Assembly: GCA_000004695.1 (NCBI GenBank) | Contig: CM000150.2 | Location: 2,496,001-2,560,000 of the forward strand | DNA length: 64,000 nucleotides | Direction: 5' to 3' | Source: Dictyostelium discoideum | Lineage: Eukaryota | In this document: piece after piece, positions 23,338-46,012 of the stretch | Position numbering within the stretch: the first letter of the stretch is position 1 | How the letters are laid out: every line of letters begins with the position of its first letter | Program-made: the position numbers and the translations under genes | The notes under the pieces: generated by a model | Databases searched by the model: none | What the model saw: only the letters and a program-made list of their open reading frames with translations | Told to the model about the DNA's origin: nothing

Positions 23338-23734
23338 AATAATAAACACAAACACTATCTTCACCACTACTGAGCTGATCATTATAAGTCAAACTATTAT
23401 ATATAATTTTGTTGTCAGATTTATTTGGTAAACTCTGTTTGTATGTAGATGTAATAGGGTTTGGTTCTTTTGGATCTCTAATATTATAATTTGCAATTTC
23501 ATTTATCTCTGAACTTCCTCCTTTTAATGTGTTATCAGTATAAATAGCACCTTGACTGTGACTTAATTGTTCTAAAAACCACCATTCGACATTCTTTTCT
23601 ATTTTAACTCCATCCTCAAATACTTGACTATCCTTGTAAATATTTTTTGTTGTTATACATTTTGGAGGATCGTTACAATAAATAGGTGATATTAATACAA
23701 ATAAATATAAAAAAATAATATATTTATTTCTCAT
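21195..23734 (-). pseudogene. DNase II-like gene, copy 2: 3 exons present but reading frame broken in exon 3
   Basis: Exon 1 (23336..23734, signal peptide MRNKYIIFLYLFVLISPIYC) and exon 2 (…AHAKGFFIWNENGGIHVIHSVPRSPETGYEPLFNF…MSKEELYIIPKYII…) are intact. In exon 3 a 5-bp deletion relative to copy 3 (near 22030) shifts the frame. This gives ORFs 22022..22453 (…DHSKMSYQINYMDKAYSGGGGGTICFGDLNWHGRQEARGGGSFC…KYPNDLMF*) and 21195..21956. Confidence 0.5.
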
Positions 23735-24164
23735 TTTCTTAAGTCTAATGTTATAATGTTTGTTTCAATTTTTTAAAATTGGGTGTGTTTTTGCGAAAAA
23801 AAAAAAAAAAAAAAAAAAAATGGCTTTGTCGTCAACAAAAAAGAAAAAAAACTAAAATTGGATCATTTAAAATAAAATAAAAAAACGAACGAAAATATTT
23901 TTTTTTAATCGTTTTTAGATGGTTTTACCACTCCTTTGATTATTGAAAATCTTTTTTAAATATTTTTAGATTTTTTTTTTTTTATTTTTTTCGACCCATT
24001 ATTTTATAAAAAAAAAAATAATAAAAATTACCCCCACAAACCGCTTTTTTTTTTTTTTTTCACAAAGCCTGGTTTTTAATTTTTTTAACACTTTTTGGCT
24101 TTGCATCTTTATCGCTTAAAATACGGTTTGGAAAATACAACATTTTTTTTTTAATCAACCATAC

Positions 24165-24196
<32 letters not shown>

Positions 24197-24221
24197 TCGT
24201 ATTGAAATTAAAAAAAAATGG

Positions 24222-25808
24222 TAAAATTTTAAATAGTTATATCATTTTTATTATTTATTTTATATTTTAATTGTTTCACATTTGGTAGTTACACATTTGA
24301 TACAAAAAATTGGTCAACAAATGGTACACTATCATCATGTGTTTTTTATGATTTTGTAAATAACGATTATTATGATTTAAGAGCTATTGTCTATCCTGAT
24401 CATCGAGGTTCCCACAGAGCAAGTTTCACAGCTGAGCTTTCTGGTGGAATTCAAACACCATATACAATATATTTTAATCCTTGTTTTAATGATCATATGT
24501 GTCCAGGTGGTCTTTCAGTAGGTTGTATGCAAAAATAGAGGAGTATTATTTAATCAAGGTCTATTTTATGATTTAACACCAATGAAATTGTAAGTTATTA
24601 AATTCTTTTTCATATTTATTTTTTTATATTTTTTTTTTTTAAAATAATTATCAAAAAATAAAAAAAAAAAAGAACCAAACACAAAATTTCAAAATAAAAA
24701 AATCTAATCTTTTTTCACTTTTTTTTATTTTTTTTTAATTTTTTTATTTTTATTTTTTTTTCCCACAGATTAACAAGCACTTCACACCAAATCACCAATG
24801 ATGACCATACAAAAGATATTCTCTTTAATTTATTCGGAAATGTAAATAGATGTGGTACTTTCGGTACATCAACATTAAGTTATCAATCATGTATTTTAAC
24901 AGTTGCTAATAAAGCGATCAATTATAAACTAGATTCAAGATATGCAACATCACCAAAATCAGTTATGGTAGGATCTCTCAGTCAACCAAGAACAATTACA
25001 TTTACAAATGATGTAATAACCATAATTTATAGTTCAACAACTGGTTTCACAGAATGCTCATCAAATGGTAACAAATATTCATCAAAGTATATTTTAATTT
25101 GTGATCCATTCACAGAATATTATGTAGATAAATTTACATTAGAATCACAATGTATTTATCAAATCAAAGTTTATACTAAATACGCATGTCCAACATTACG
25201 TTTATTCAAACAAACACAATATTATGATCTTTCGCCATTGATGTTGTAAGTATTCAATTTAATTAAAAAACTTTTTTGGTGTTTTATTCTTTTGCGCTTA
25301 TTAATTATTAATAATAAAATAAATAATAGGGATTCAGCAAGAAATTATACAACAAGTCACTTTACAGACGGATCTGAGTTTTTTATTGTATTCAATATTG
25401 GTAATAAAGCACAAATGTGTAGCGATGCATTAAATGATTATTATTTTTCTTGTCAATACGAACCACGTCAAAAATTTTTTTATCCACTTGCAAAGGCAAG
25501 TTTAGGTCATAGAGTAACATTTGATTTAAATCAAGTTAAATTTGAATATACTTCACCATCAACAACAACTTGCTCATCAAATTCCTATAAAAGAGATCTT
25601 ATTGTTATTTTAAATTGTGATGAAAACCAACATTATCAATTAGTTTCAACTTTAGAATCTCCAACATGTGTATATACAATAACAATTAAAACTAAATATG
25701 TATGTGAATCAACAATTTATTACAATAGAATTAACTATACCTATTATGATATTACTCCAATAAAAACGTAAGTTTTAAATTAAATTTAATTATAAATTAT
25801 AAATTATA

Positions 25809-25874
<66 letters not shown>

Positions 25875-28800
25875 TATAACTTTATTAACAACCAAAACTA
25901 TTAATTTTAATTAGAACAAAAGATAGTCCAAAAACTGTAGATATTGTTGTTGGTGGATATCCATATAAAGTAAGGGATAATTTTTAAATTTTTAAATTTT
26001 TTTTTTTTTTTTTTTTTTTTTTTGACAAACACCAAACGTGTGTGAAACTAAAATTTAAATATTTTATATATATTTAAAAATGGTTACTAACTTTACTTTA
26101 TTAATTTTTTCCAACAGCTTTATTACGGTATAGGTAATACTGTTAATTATTGCTCAAATCAAGTGGAGTCAGTTCCAGGTGTTGATTATCAAGCTTGCCA
26201 ATATCTCAGCGGTCTTGTTATTCAAGTCGGTAGTTTAAAAAATACATCAATGTATATAAGTAATAATGGTATAAGTATATATCATACCACACCATTTGAT
26301 TTAACCAGAGTATGCCAAAATACAAGATATCAAAGAGTGATACAACAGCAATTAACGTTGTGGTCAGCGCTACGGAGACTGCCAATTATTGGGCATGTGA
26401 ATATACAATCGAAATTAAAACCAAATATGCATGTCCAATTAATTATGCACCAGTATTACCAGTTGTTGGAAATCCATGTTTATACACTTGCACACCACCA
26501 GGTGCTTTAAATCCAAAAGCTATAGTTTGTGTACTTTTAAATTTAGGCTTGTTTCTCAGAGATTAATAAATATGGTACAGGTGCACAATCATTACTTGTT
26601 ATATTCAACAATACTTGGGTTTTAAACCACAACGGATATGATGATTGGATGGGTGGACAACTTTATTCACTATTACTAACAGGTAAACCACAAACATCGA
26701 TTTCACCATATGTTAGTTCAATTACACATGATAATTTATGTACATATGGTACCAATGGGTTAAGTAAAGCAAAAAATTCAATCAATGATTTTCTTACTAT
26801 CACAAATGATCTTCTTGAAATTTCAAATCGTGCAGCCAGTTCAACCGTTACCAAATATACATATTCAGATGGAGAAATTACATTATCAACACATAAACTT
26901 TTGTCAACATCAACTGGAGGTCTTGCAATTATTAAATACAAAAATTTGCTATGCTACTATTCAATAGTTTCAAATTTACAAACTTTAGTTATTTCGAATT
27001 ATTTGCTTTCATGTCCATATTATTCACCAACTATTACAGTGTTCAGTTTAACACCATCAACAGGGCAAATTGGAGATATTATCACAATTAATGGTCAAAA
27101 TTTAGATACAAATAGATATGATGTTTATTTCAACATTATTGATGACAACAGTAAAATTAAAGCAACAATAACATCAAAGTAATTAGTCAACCATTTAGTA
27201 CAGATATCATCAATAGATTCTTTGTTATTGGTCAAAACCATCGTTCTTTAATAACCAATATCACCATTTATCCATATATCGATAATATTGAAAAAGAAAC
27301 AATATATTGTGAAATTGAAAAGTATTGTCCAAGTTCATCAAAAATTCCATCGATTCCAGAATCAGCAGTAGGTCATCCATGTATTGATTCAACAGTTTAC
27401 TCTGAGAATTCTCAGTTTATAAGGTACAAATTTTATTCCAGCCTCGCTTGCAGATCAAATTAATAATCAATCATTAATTGGTTCACCAAATTCAGTCACG
27501 TTTAATAATGTTTTATCTTCATCATGGAAATGGATTAACTCAACACATGTAAAAGCCATCGTACAAAAAGGTATTGGAGCAATCCTTACAATTGTAAATG
27601 TTGGAAGCCAAAGTACTGAAACGAGTCCATATCCCGTAATTTTTTATAAACAACCTGAATTAGATAATAAAAAATATGAAAACTTTGCAAATAGTAATAT
27701 TTTAATAACTGGTTCTAATTTTGTACCAGTTAGTGTTTCAGCAGGTTCATCAAGTTCTGTCAAAATCGGAGGTATTCCCTGTAACTCTGTAACATGGGTA
27801 GATTCAAAATCTGTTATTTGTAATGTACTAATTGGAACTGGTGATAATTTAAATATCCAAGTAACAGTTGGAGGTCAACAAACCGAATTAAATAATTATT
27901 TCTCATATTTAGGGCAATGCGATTTCCTCTGTAGCGATTTATCAAATTTAGTAAGTTTTTAAACATTTTAATTACAGAGGAAAAAAAAAACTAAAAAATA
28001 CTAATTTTTTACATTATAATCTCAAAGGAATTAGAAAAAGTTATTAGAGAAAATAAAAAAGATTTAAAGCAATAGTTCAGTACTTATTGATAATATAAAA
28101 TGTGAAGAAATCAAATGGATTGATTCAACAAAAGTTTCATGTCAAGTTCCAGTAGGTCAAGGCAAAGATTTATCGATTAAAGTTAAAATTGAAAATCAAG
28201 AAACTGAAGAAAATCAACAATTTTCATATGATAAACCATTTATTCAATCAATCAATCCAATTAAAGGAAGATGTAATCAAGAAGTATTAATTACAATTCA
28301 AGGTGATAGTTTTGGAAAGAGTGATCAACTAATTAAAATTGGTAATAACGAATGTCAAGATATTCAATTCTATCCAAATCATACATTTACATGTAAAGTT
28401 CCAATCGTGGAGAATTCAATTGAATCCATTGTTTTATTAAATATTGGCAATCAAGATTCAAACGATAACATTACATATAAATACTATGGACCACCAGAAA
28501 TTAAAAGTATTGGTTTACCTTCACATCTTTCATTTAAAGGTGATGATTTAATTACAATCATTGGTAATAACTTTATAGAATATGAAGATGGATCTGATGA
28601 AATTGTTGTTAAATTTAATAATGAACCAACAACTATCATTGAAAACACAGAAACATACATTAAAATTAAAATTCTTAGTGGTGATGAATTTAATGTAACA
28701 GCAACAGCCATCCTTATTTCAGGTGGAAGTACACAATCACCAACTCCAACCATAGCTCCAACTATTTCACCAACTCCAACGCCAACCGATAACTATTGGG

Positions 28801-29629
28801 TAAGATGTATGGTCGATTATTCAAGATTAACTTTACAAGTCGATAATCTTTACGGTCAAGATATAGTATGTATTGATGGTAATGGAATTTCATCAATTTT
28901 CAACGAATCATTCTCTTGTAAACCTGATCTTATTAACGATGGTATGATATGTGCTCAACAACATCAAGATGGAACAAATTCAACAACCACATTTGGTAAT
29001 TCAACATTAATTTGTCATATTGACTCAACAAAATCATGTGAAATTTCACCACCATTCATTATACCATCCGATCCAATTGAAGAGATGAATATTCAAATAT
29101 TTTAGAATGTCAATATAATCTCAATGAAAATTCATTATCAACACACTCTAATAATAGTCCACTAAGATGTTATAATAATGAAACTGAAAATTACTTCATT
29201 ATGAATACTACACTTTCATGCTCAAAAGATGAATCATTAAGTCAAGATAAAGATACGATTTCTTGTTTAGCAGATACAGATGATACTCAAATCTTTTTCT
29301 ATAAGAACTCAATTACATGCATTACAGATTATCCATACTATAGATGTACAATGAAATCTCAACCATCACCAGATGATAACATAATTCCAAAACCAACATT
29401 ACCACCAATTCCATCAATTGATGATGATTCCACATGTATTTATGATTCAGCCAATCCATATTCAATAGATCTCCAACTAACGACTGGAACTAATGCTAAA
29501 TGTCCAAAAAATGAAAAAGAACTTCGTTATGATCTTTCAACTTCTCTAACATGCACTGATTATATCACACTTAAAAACTCCACTTATTCAATTTCATATT
29601 CAAATTACATTTGCATTAAAACAAAATAA
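24222..29629 (+). pseudogene. MRH/IPT receptor-like gene, copy 2: decayed, internally deleted remnant
   Basis: Exon-1 homologue has a 1-nt insertion giving ATG GTA AAA TTT TAA, plus a roughly 300-bp internal deletion (24222..24590). Exons 2 and 3 remain (24965..25249, 25292..25771). The exon-5 homologue is fragmented by frameshifts and deletions (26163..27182 and following). The whole region equivalent to 14640..18640 of copy 1 is missing. The C-terminal fragments 28407..29105 and 29201..29629 carry a precise deletion of the Ala/Thr block (…EFNV|TATAILISGG…). Confidence 0.6.
25811..25870. repeat. (AAT)n microsatellite in intron 3 of receptor-like copy 2
   Basis: About 20 perfect ATA/AAT triplets. 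The orthologous intron of copy 1 (11885..11975) has only a few. Copy 3 has about 40 (34897..35019). Confidence 0.8.
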
Positions 29630-29953
29630 AAACAATTAAAAAATTTTAAAAAACAAAATGATATAATAATTTAATGAAATAATTTAATTACTATTTTTAC
29701 TATTTTTTTTTATTTTCGAAAAACTGTAATTAAATTATTTCATTAAATCATTATGTCATACCACCCAAAATTCAATTCTGAAAACTTTTTTTTTATTTAA
29801 TTACCCTTAAGAAAAAATTAAATGTGAAAATAAATGTTATATTTATTTTAGTATTGTTTTATTAATTTAAATTATTAATGCACCGTTTATCTAATTTTGA
29901 AAACTAAAAAAAAAAAAATTTATTTTTGGAATTAGTTAAATTTAAAAAAAAAT

Positions 29954-32497
29954 TTAAATTAAAATATAATTAATACTTACACCTTTGGTATATTCACCCA
30001 AAACTTTTATTAATTCATCATTGGATTTGATGTTTTGTAGATCACCATGTCTATTTTCAGTTAAGAGAATACAATAGATAAGATGATCTTGGCAATCTGG
30101 ATGATATTTAATGATTTTTGAGTCTGTATCACTTGGAAAAGCTTTACATATATTTTTATTAATTTCATTATAATCCTTATCATCATGACCTTCTTCGCTA
30201 TCACTTTGATCGCCTTCGATTTTATTTGGGAATTTAAATGGTTCTAAATCATCTTTGATTTTAACTTCTTTCAATTGAATGATGTTTTTATTTTTAATAA
30301 ATTTCAATTTTTCATAAAGTTCTTTTACTAAATCAATATTTTTTAAATCGATATATATCTTATCTGGGAAAGGTGTGAGTATTGATGTTGGTTCGATAAT
30401 GGTATTTTGTGTTAGAGCAGTTACCTTTTTATTCTTTTTTGATGAGGTAAGTGTAAATGTTGATTCAACATAGATATCTTTAAACAATTGGTAAGATTTG
30501 GATTTTTCAAAGCTACAAGTGACATCATTATCATCACATAAAATAATTTCCCCATTGATTGATGGAAACACATTGAAATCGAATAACTCTGATTTGTATT
30601 TATTTGTAGTTTGATCCTTAAGTTGAGTTAATAATGGAATGTAAACATTGTCATAACCATAGTTATATTCATTTGAAAATAATTTATCTTTTTCATTATT
30701 GTAAACGATAATAAATGGATTCAAATGATAGTATTTTTCATCATCTTCATAACCTTTTACCTTGGTTTCAAAGTCTAGCTTTCTGATACCTAAAATTTCT
30801 TTTAGACGCTGTGGATATTTATCTATTAATCCGTTTAAATTCAACTTTTGACCTGCAATGCTATTTAATCTTAAAGAAGCTTTTATAAGATATTGACCTT
30901 TATCTGGGTGTCTAATTATACCAACTCTTCTGTAAAAGTATTCAGAAAGATATTTCATTTCGTCACTGCAAAAAGAACCACCTCCACGTGCCTCTTGCCT
31001 TCCATGCCAATTTAAATCACCAAAGCAAATAGTTCCACCACCGCCACCGCTATATGCTTTATCCATATTATTGAATTGATAAGACATTTTTGAATGGTCA
31101 CTTCCTGAATCAGAGCTAATAACTTCTGACCAAGGTGTTTCGAATCTGTAAGAAAGATAAACTGATTCAACTGCTGGAGATATTGCATTTAGTCCATTTT
31201 CGATCTTTGTTTGAGTATGGACCATTGTTTTAAAATTATTACCATTTTTAAAATTATCGATGTAATGCCAAAGTATAAAAAATTTAATTTTTTCCTTGTG
31301 AGCTTTGTCAATTTTTTTATTATACGCTTTATAAAGGTTTTTATTTGTTGTTTGAATGAAATAATCCCCTTTATTTTTACTCTCATAAATTTTATTATAG
31401 TGAACATTTGTTTCATGAGCTGTATCTGATGATGTAATATCTTTGTTTAGAATTAAAACTGCCTATTTTAAGAATGTAAGTTTGATGATTTATTAACACA
31501 AATTTATAATTAAAATTACTTACCAATTGTGACCATTTATTTAAATAAATAATTCCATCCCATATATCAGGATCACCATCATTCTTTTTTTCAACAAAAA
31601 TATATTCACTCATTAGACCATCCAATTCTTTAAAAGTTTTGGGAATTTTTGTTGCTAAAATTGTACTATCAATTTCTTCCAACTTAATGACTCCTGAGCT
31701 TATCTTTTCAACCTTGGTTTTGAGATTTCTGGAATAAGAATCGGCTGATGATACCTTTTTAACCTTTTGACCATTTCCTGTTGAAACTGTATTAATGGTT
31801 TGAATATTTAAATTACTATAAATAATATACTTTGGAATAATATAAAGTTCTTCTTTTGACAAAGTTATACAAATTGAATGTTGAGCATGTTGATTTTTTA
31901 AAGTCTTTTTATTGAAATTAAAAAGAGGTTCATATCCTTTTTCTGGAGATTGTGGAACACTGTGAATTACATGAATTCCCCCTTCTTCATTCCAAATGAA
32001 AAATCCTTTTGCATGTGCCTTTTTTAAATAAATAAATTAAAAAAAAAAAATATGTTAACAAATAATGATAAACAAAAAAAAAAAAAAAAAAAAAAAAAAG
32101 TTAAATAATAAAAACAAACACTATCGTAACTACCACTGGGCTGATCATTATAAGTCAAACTATTATATATAATTTTGTTGTCAGATTTATTTGGTAAACT
32201 CTGTTTGTATGTAGATGTAATAGGGTTTGGTTCTTTTGGATCTCTAATATTATAATTTGCAATTTCATTTATCTCTGAACTTCCTCCTTTTAATGTGTTA
32301 TCAGTATAAATAGCCCCTTTACTGTGACTTAATTGTTCTAAAAACCACCATTCGACATTCTTTTCTATTGTAACTCCATCCCCAAATACTTGACTATCCT
32401 TGTAAATATTTTTTGTTGTTATACATTTTGGAGGAACACAATAAATATGTGATATTAATACGAATAAATATAGAAAAATAATATATTTATTTCTCAT
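29954..32497 (-). CDS. DNase II-family nuclease (secreted/lysosomal-type) with about 330-aa C-terminal extension; copy 3, the only intact copy. Exons 32120..32497, 31524..32018, 29954..31462 (about 793 aa)
   Basis: Signal peptide MRNKYIIFLYLFVLISHIYC. Exon 2 carries the first PLD-like HxK motif in the DNase II context (AHAKGFFIWNEEGGIHVIHSVPQSP; compare mammalian HTKG…GFWLVHSVPNFP). Exon 3 carries the second (DSGSDHSKMSYQFNNMDKAYSGGGGGTICFGDLNWHGRQEARGGGSFC; compare DHSKW…C[VI]GD[ML]NR…RGGG[TS]LC). Donors are GTTTGT (weak) and GTAAGT. A roughly 330-aa unclassified C-terminal region ends …GEYTKGVSINYILI*. Confidence 0.6.
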
Positions 32498-33045
32498 TTT
32501 CTTAGATCTATTGTCTAATATTATAATGTTTCAATTTTTTAATGGTATAAAAAAAAATTGGGTGTGTTTTTGCGAAAAAAAAAAAAAAAAAAAAAAATAG
32601 CTTTGTCGTCAACAAAAAAGAAAAAAATCTAAAATTGGATCATTTAAAATAAAATAAAAAAACGAACGAAAATATTTTTTTTTAATCGTTTTTAGATGAT
32701 TTTCCCACTCCTTTGATTATTGAAAATCTTTTTTAAATATTTTTAGATTTTTTTTTTTTATTTTTTTCGACCCATTATTTTATAAAAAAAAAATAATAAA
32801 AATTACCCCACAAACCGCTTAGTTTTTTTTTTTTTTTTCACAAAGCCTGGTTTTTATTTTTTGTGACACTTTTTAGCTTTGCATCTTTGTCGCTTTAAAT
32901 ACGGTTTGGAAAATACAACATTTTTTTTTTAATCAACCACTTTAAAATACGGTTTGGAAAATACTATATTTTTTTTTTCAATCAACCACACTCTTTTTTT
33001 TTTTTTTTTTTAAAAAAATAATCATATTGAAATTAAAAAAAAAAA
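32498..33045. promoter_or_regulatory. shared divergent intergenic/promoter region between DNase II-like gene (minus) and receptor-like gene (plus), copy 3
   Basis: 548 bp between two start codons facing away from each other. Contains a tandemly duplicated roughly 50-bp motif (aaatacggtttggaaaatac[a/t]a[c/t]attttttttt[t]aatcaacca, 32891..32990). It is single-copy in copy 2 (24117..24170). Copy 1 (9724..10113) instead has a different duplicated roughly 65-bp block (gaatctatttttgcattgaaatctaaatttggatttttttaaaaaaaaacgaacgaatttt, twice). Confidence 0.4.
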
Positions 33046-43393
<10,348 letters not shown>

Positions 43394-43899
43394 AAACAAT
43401 TAAAATAATTTTTAAAAAAAAATAAAAAATAAAATGAGATAATGGTTTTATCAATAATTTAATTTGATACAAAATTCATTTTTTGTGTTTTTACATGTAT
43501 AACATTTTAATTATTGTTTACTAATATTAATATTAATTATTCCTCTGAATATTTCTAATTAATTTTAATTTTTTAATAAAAAAACTAAATTATTTTTAAA
43601 CTTTTTGTGACATTGAATGTAAAATTATAGCTAACTATCCAATTAATACTTTATTAATAGTAATAGTAATAGTAAAGGTAAAAGCAAAATTAAAAAAGAA
43701 ATAGAAAAACTAGAAAAAGATAAACAGGATGAAATTAAAAATCAAAAAAATGATAAATTCAATGGTCTAAATCAAAAAGAATAGTAATTCAATTATGGCA
43801 TCATCTTCATATTTTCAAGCTTCATTTTTTTATTTGATTAAACAATAAAAAATAATTAAATGTGAAAATAAATGATATTTATTTTAAAATAGAATTTTT

Positions 43900-45720
43900 T
43901 TTTTTTATTTCTTAATGCACCATTTTGGTTTTATAGAATTTTAATATACCTTTATGAAGTTGAGTAAATTTTAAATCCTTTTGAATAATTGAATCTAAAA
44001 AATATTTAAAAATTGCTACCCTAGATTTATTTGATAAATCAGACCAATTATCAAAAATGAATTTATAATTTTCAATTGTTAATTTTGATTTTTTAATTAT
44101 TTTATAATATTCTAATTTACCAAGATTGGAATTTCATTTGATTTTATAATTGAAAGTATCCTATTATAAATATGATTTAATGAGTCTTGATAAAGTTGTT
44201 TATGATTTAATTTAAAATGAAATGCTAAAATTGGATTAAAAATTATTTCACTTAAAATATTATCATCACCATCTAATTCAATAATACTTAATAAAAAATC
44301 AAATATTTCAATTGAAATTTCATAAGAAAATGGTGATACATCAAAAGATTTTAAATTAAACATTGGTTTAAAATATTTAATTTTATAAATTAATTTTAAT
44401 AATTCTAAATCTAATTTATAAATACTATAAAGTATTAAATTATTAACTTCTTTTGAAATTTTTAATGAATTATTATTATTATTATTACTATTACTATTAT
44501 TTTCAATTATCCAATTTAATTCTTTAATTCTACTATTTTCAATTTTTCATGATTTCCACAATAATATAATGAATTATTATTATTAAAACTATTAATATTA
44601 ATATTCATAGGTTTTAATTCTGATGATATAATATAATCACCAAATTCTGATTTTTTAAAAATTTTTGATTGATAGTGGATATTGATTATTAAATTTAATA
44701 TTAAAAAATATTAGATTTTCAAGTATAATAGTTGAATCTAAAAATTTATAAACCAATATAAATAATCTCTTTACAATTTCAATATCATTTTTATTTTCAA
44801 TATTAATTATTAATGATCATTAAATTTCATTTCATTTAATTCTTTTTGAATTTTTGGAATTTCTTCAAATTCATTATCAATCTTTGTTAATTTCGAAATT
44901 AATGAATTCTTGGCATTGATTGATATATGATTTTGAAATTGTAATATCAATATTATATTGTATAAATTTTTTAAAACAATCATATAATGAATAAATTAAA
45001 TTTGTTATACCAAATAATGTTTTTAAATTTGTTTCAAATAATTTTAATTCAAATAAACCTAAACCAATTAATTCTTCAGATTTACTTTTACTTGGTTTTA
45101 AAATTTTTAAATCATTTAATAAAAAATTAACTTTTTCAATTAATTTATTAAAATGATCATTATTTCTTTTTTTAAATATAATATCTTTCCAAATTTCATT
45201 ATTTTTTGTTGATTTATTATTATTATTATTTTTTAAATAATTGAAAATAATTTTTGAAATTTCATAAGATCCAATATCAATTGATATTTTAATGATGATA
45301 ATTTTGGTTCTAATTTATAATTTTCAATTAAAATTTTATATAATGATATATTATTATATTTGATTGAAATTTTTTCTAAATATTCAATTGAATTATTAAT
45401 TGTCGTTGTCTTTGTCGTTATTGTTGTAGTTATTAACTGAAATTCATTTGAATAGTTTTTTAATAAATTTAAAAATAATTCTTTATTATTATCAATATCT
45501 TGTTTAAATTGATTAAATATTGAATATTTATAATTATTGATTTTAGTTTCTTCATTATAATAATTTAATTTTGTAAAAGAAAAAACTAAATTTGATTTTC
45601 TTTTAATCTTATCTTTTAATAATCCTAAATGATTATTCTTTATCATCCATTCAACATTTTCAATCTTTTCATAAGAATATGAACACCATCCACTTATTTT
45701 TGATTGTTGTTTAATAAATT
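43900..45720 (-). pseudogene. degenerate multi-frame ORF region (possible pseudogene or intron-rich gene); weak
   Basis: Minus-strand ORFs 45233..45646 and 44112..44363, plus other coding-like stretches (…SGWCSYSYEKIENVEWMIKNNHLG…, …NLKSFDVSPFSYEISIEIFDFLLSIIELDGDDNILSEIIF…), lie in different frames without convincing GT..AG introns between them. Confidence 0.2.
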
Positions 45721-46012
45721 TAAATATTATAAATATATTTTTAAAATAATATTTAAATTATTCATTTGGGTTTAAATTAAAAAAAATAAAAAAAAAAAAA
45801 AAAAAAAAAATTTTCATAAAAACCAAACACCATTTCGCACTCGACCCATTAAAAAAAAAAAAAAAAAATTAATTTAATTTAATCATTCACAGAATTTCGA
45901 AATTAAGATCAAAGTTTTCTAAATTTAATAAAAAAAAAATTAAAAAAAAAATTATTTTAATGATTATATTATTATAATTTTAATAATATAATAAAGTTTA
46001 TTTTTAGAAAAT

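Noticed and set aside
29881-29953. Possible 13-codon terminal micro-exon (FSKLDKRCINNLN) after a GTAAGT at the end of the copy-3 DNase II-like gene
   Set aside because: The candidate exon is not conserved beyond 5 residues in copy 2 (FSKLDNTKWC…). The unspliced ending …GVSINYILI* is conserved in both copies.
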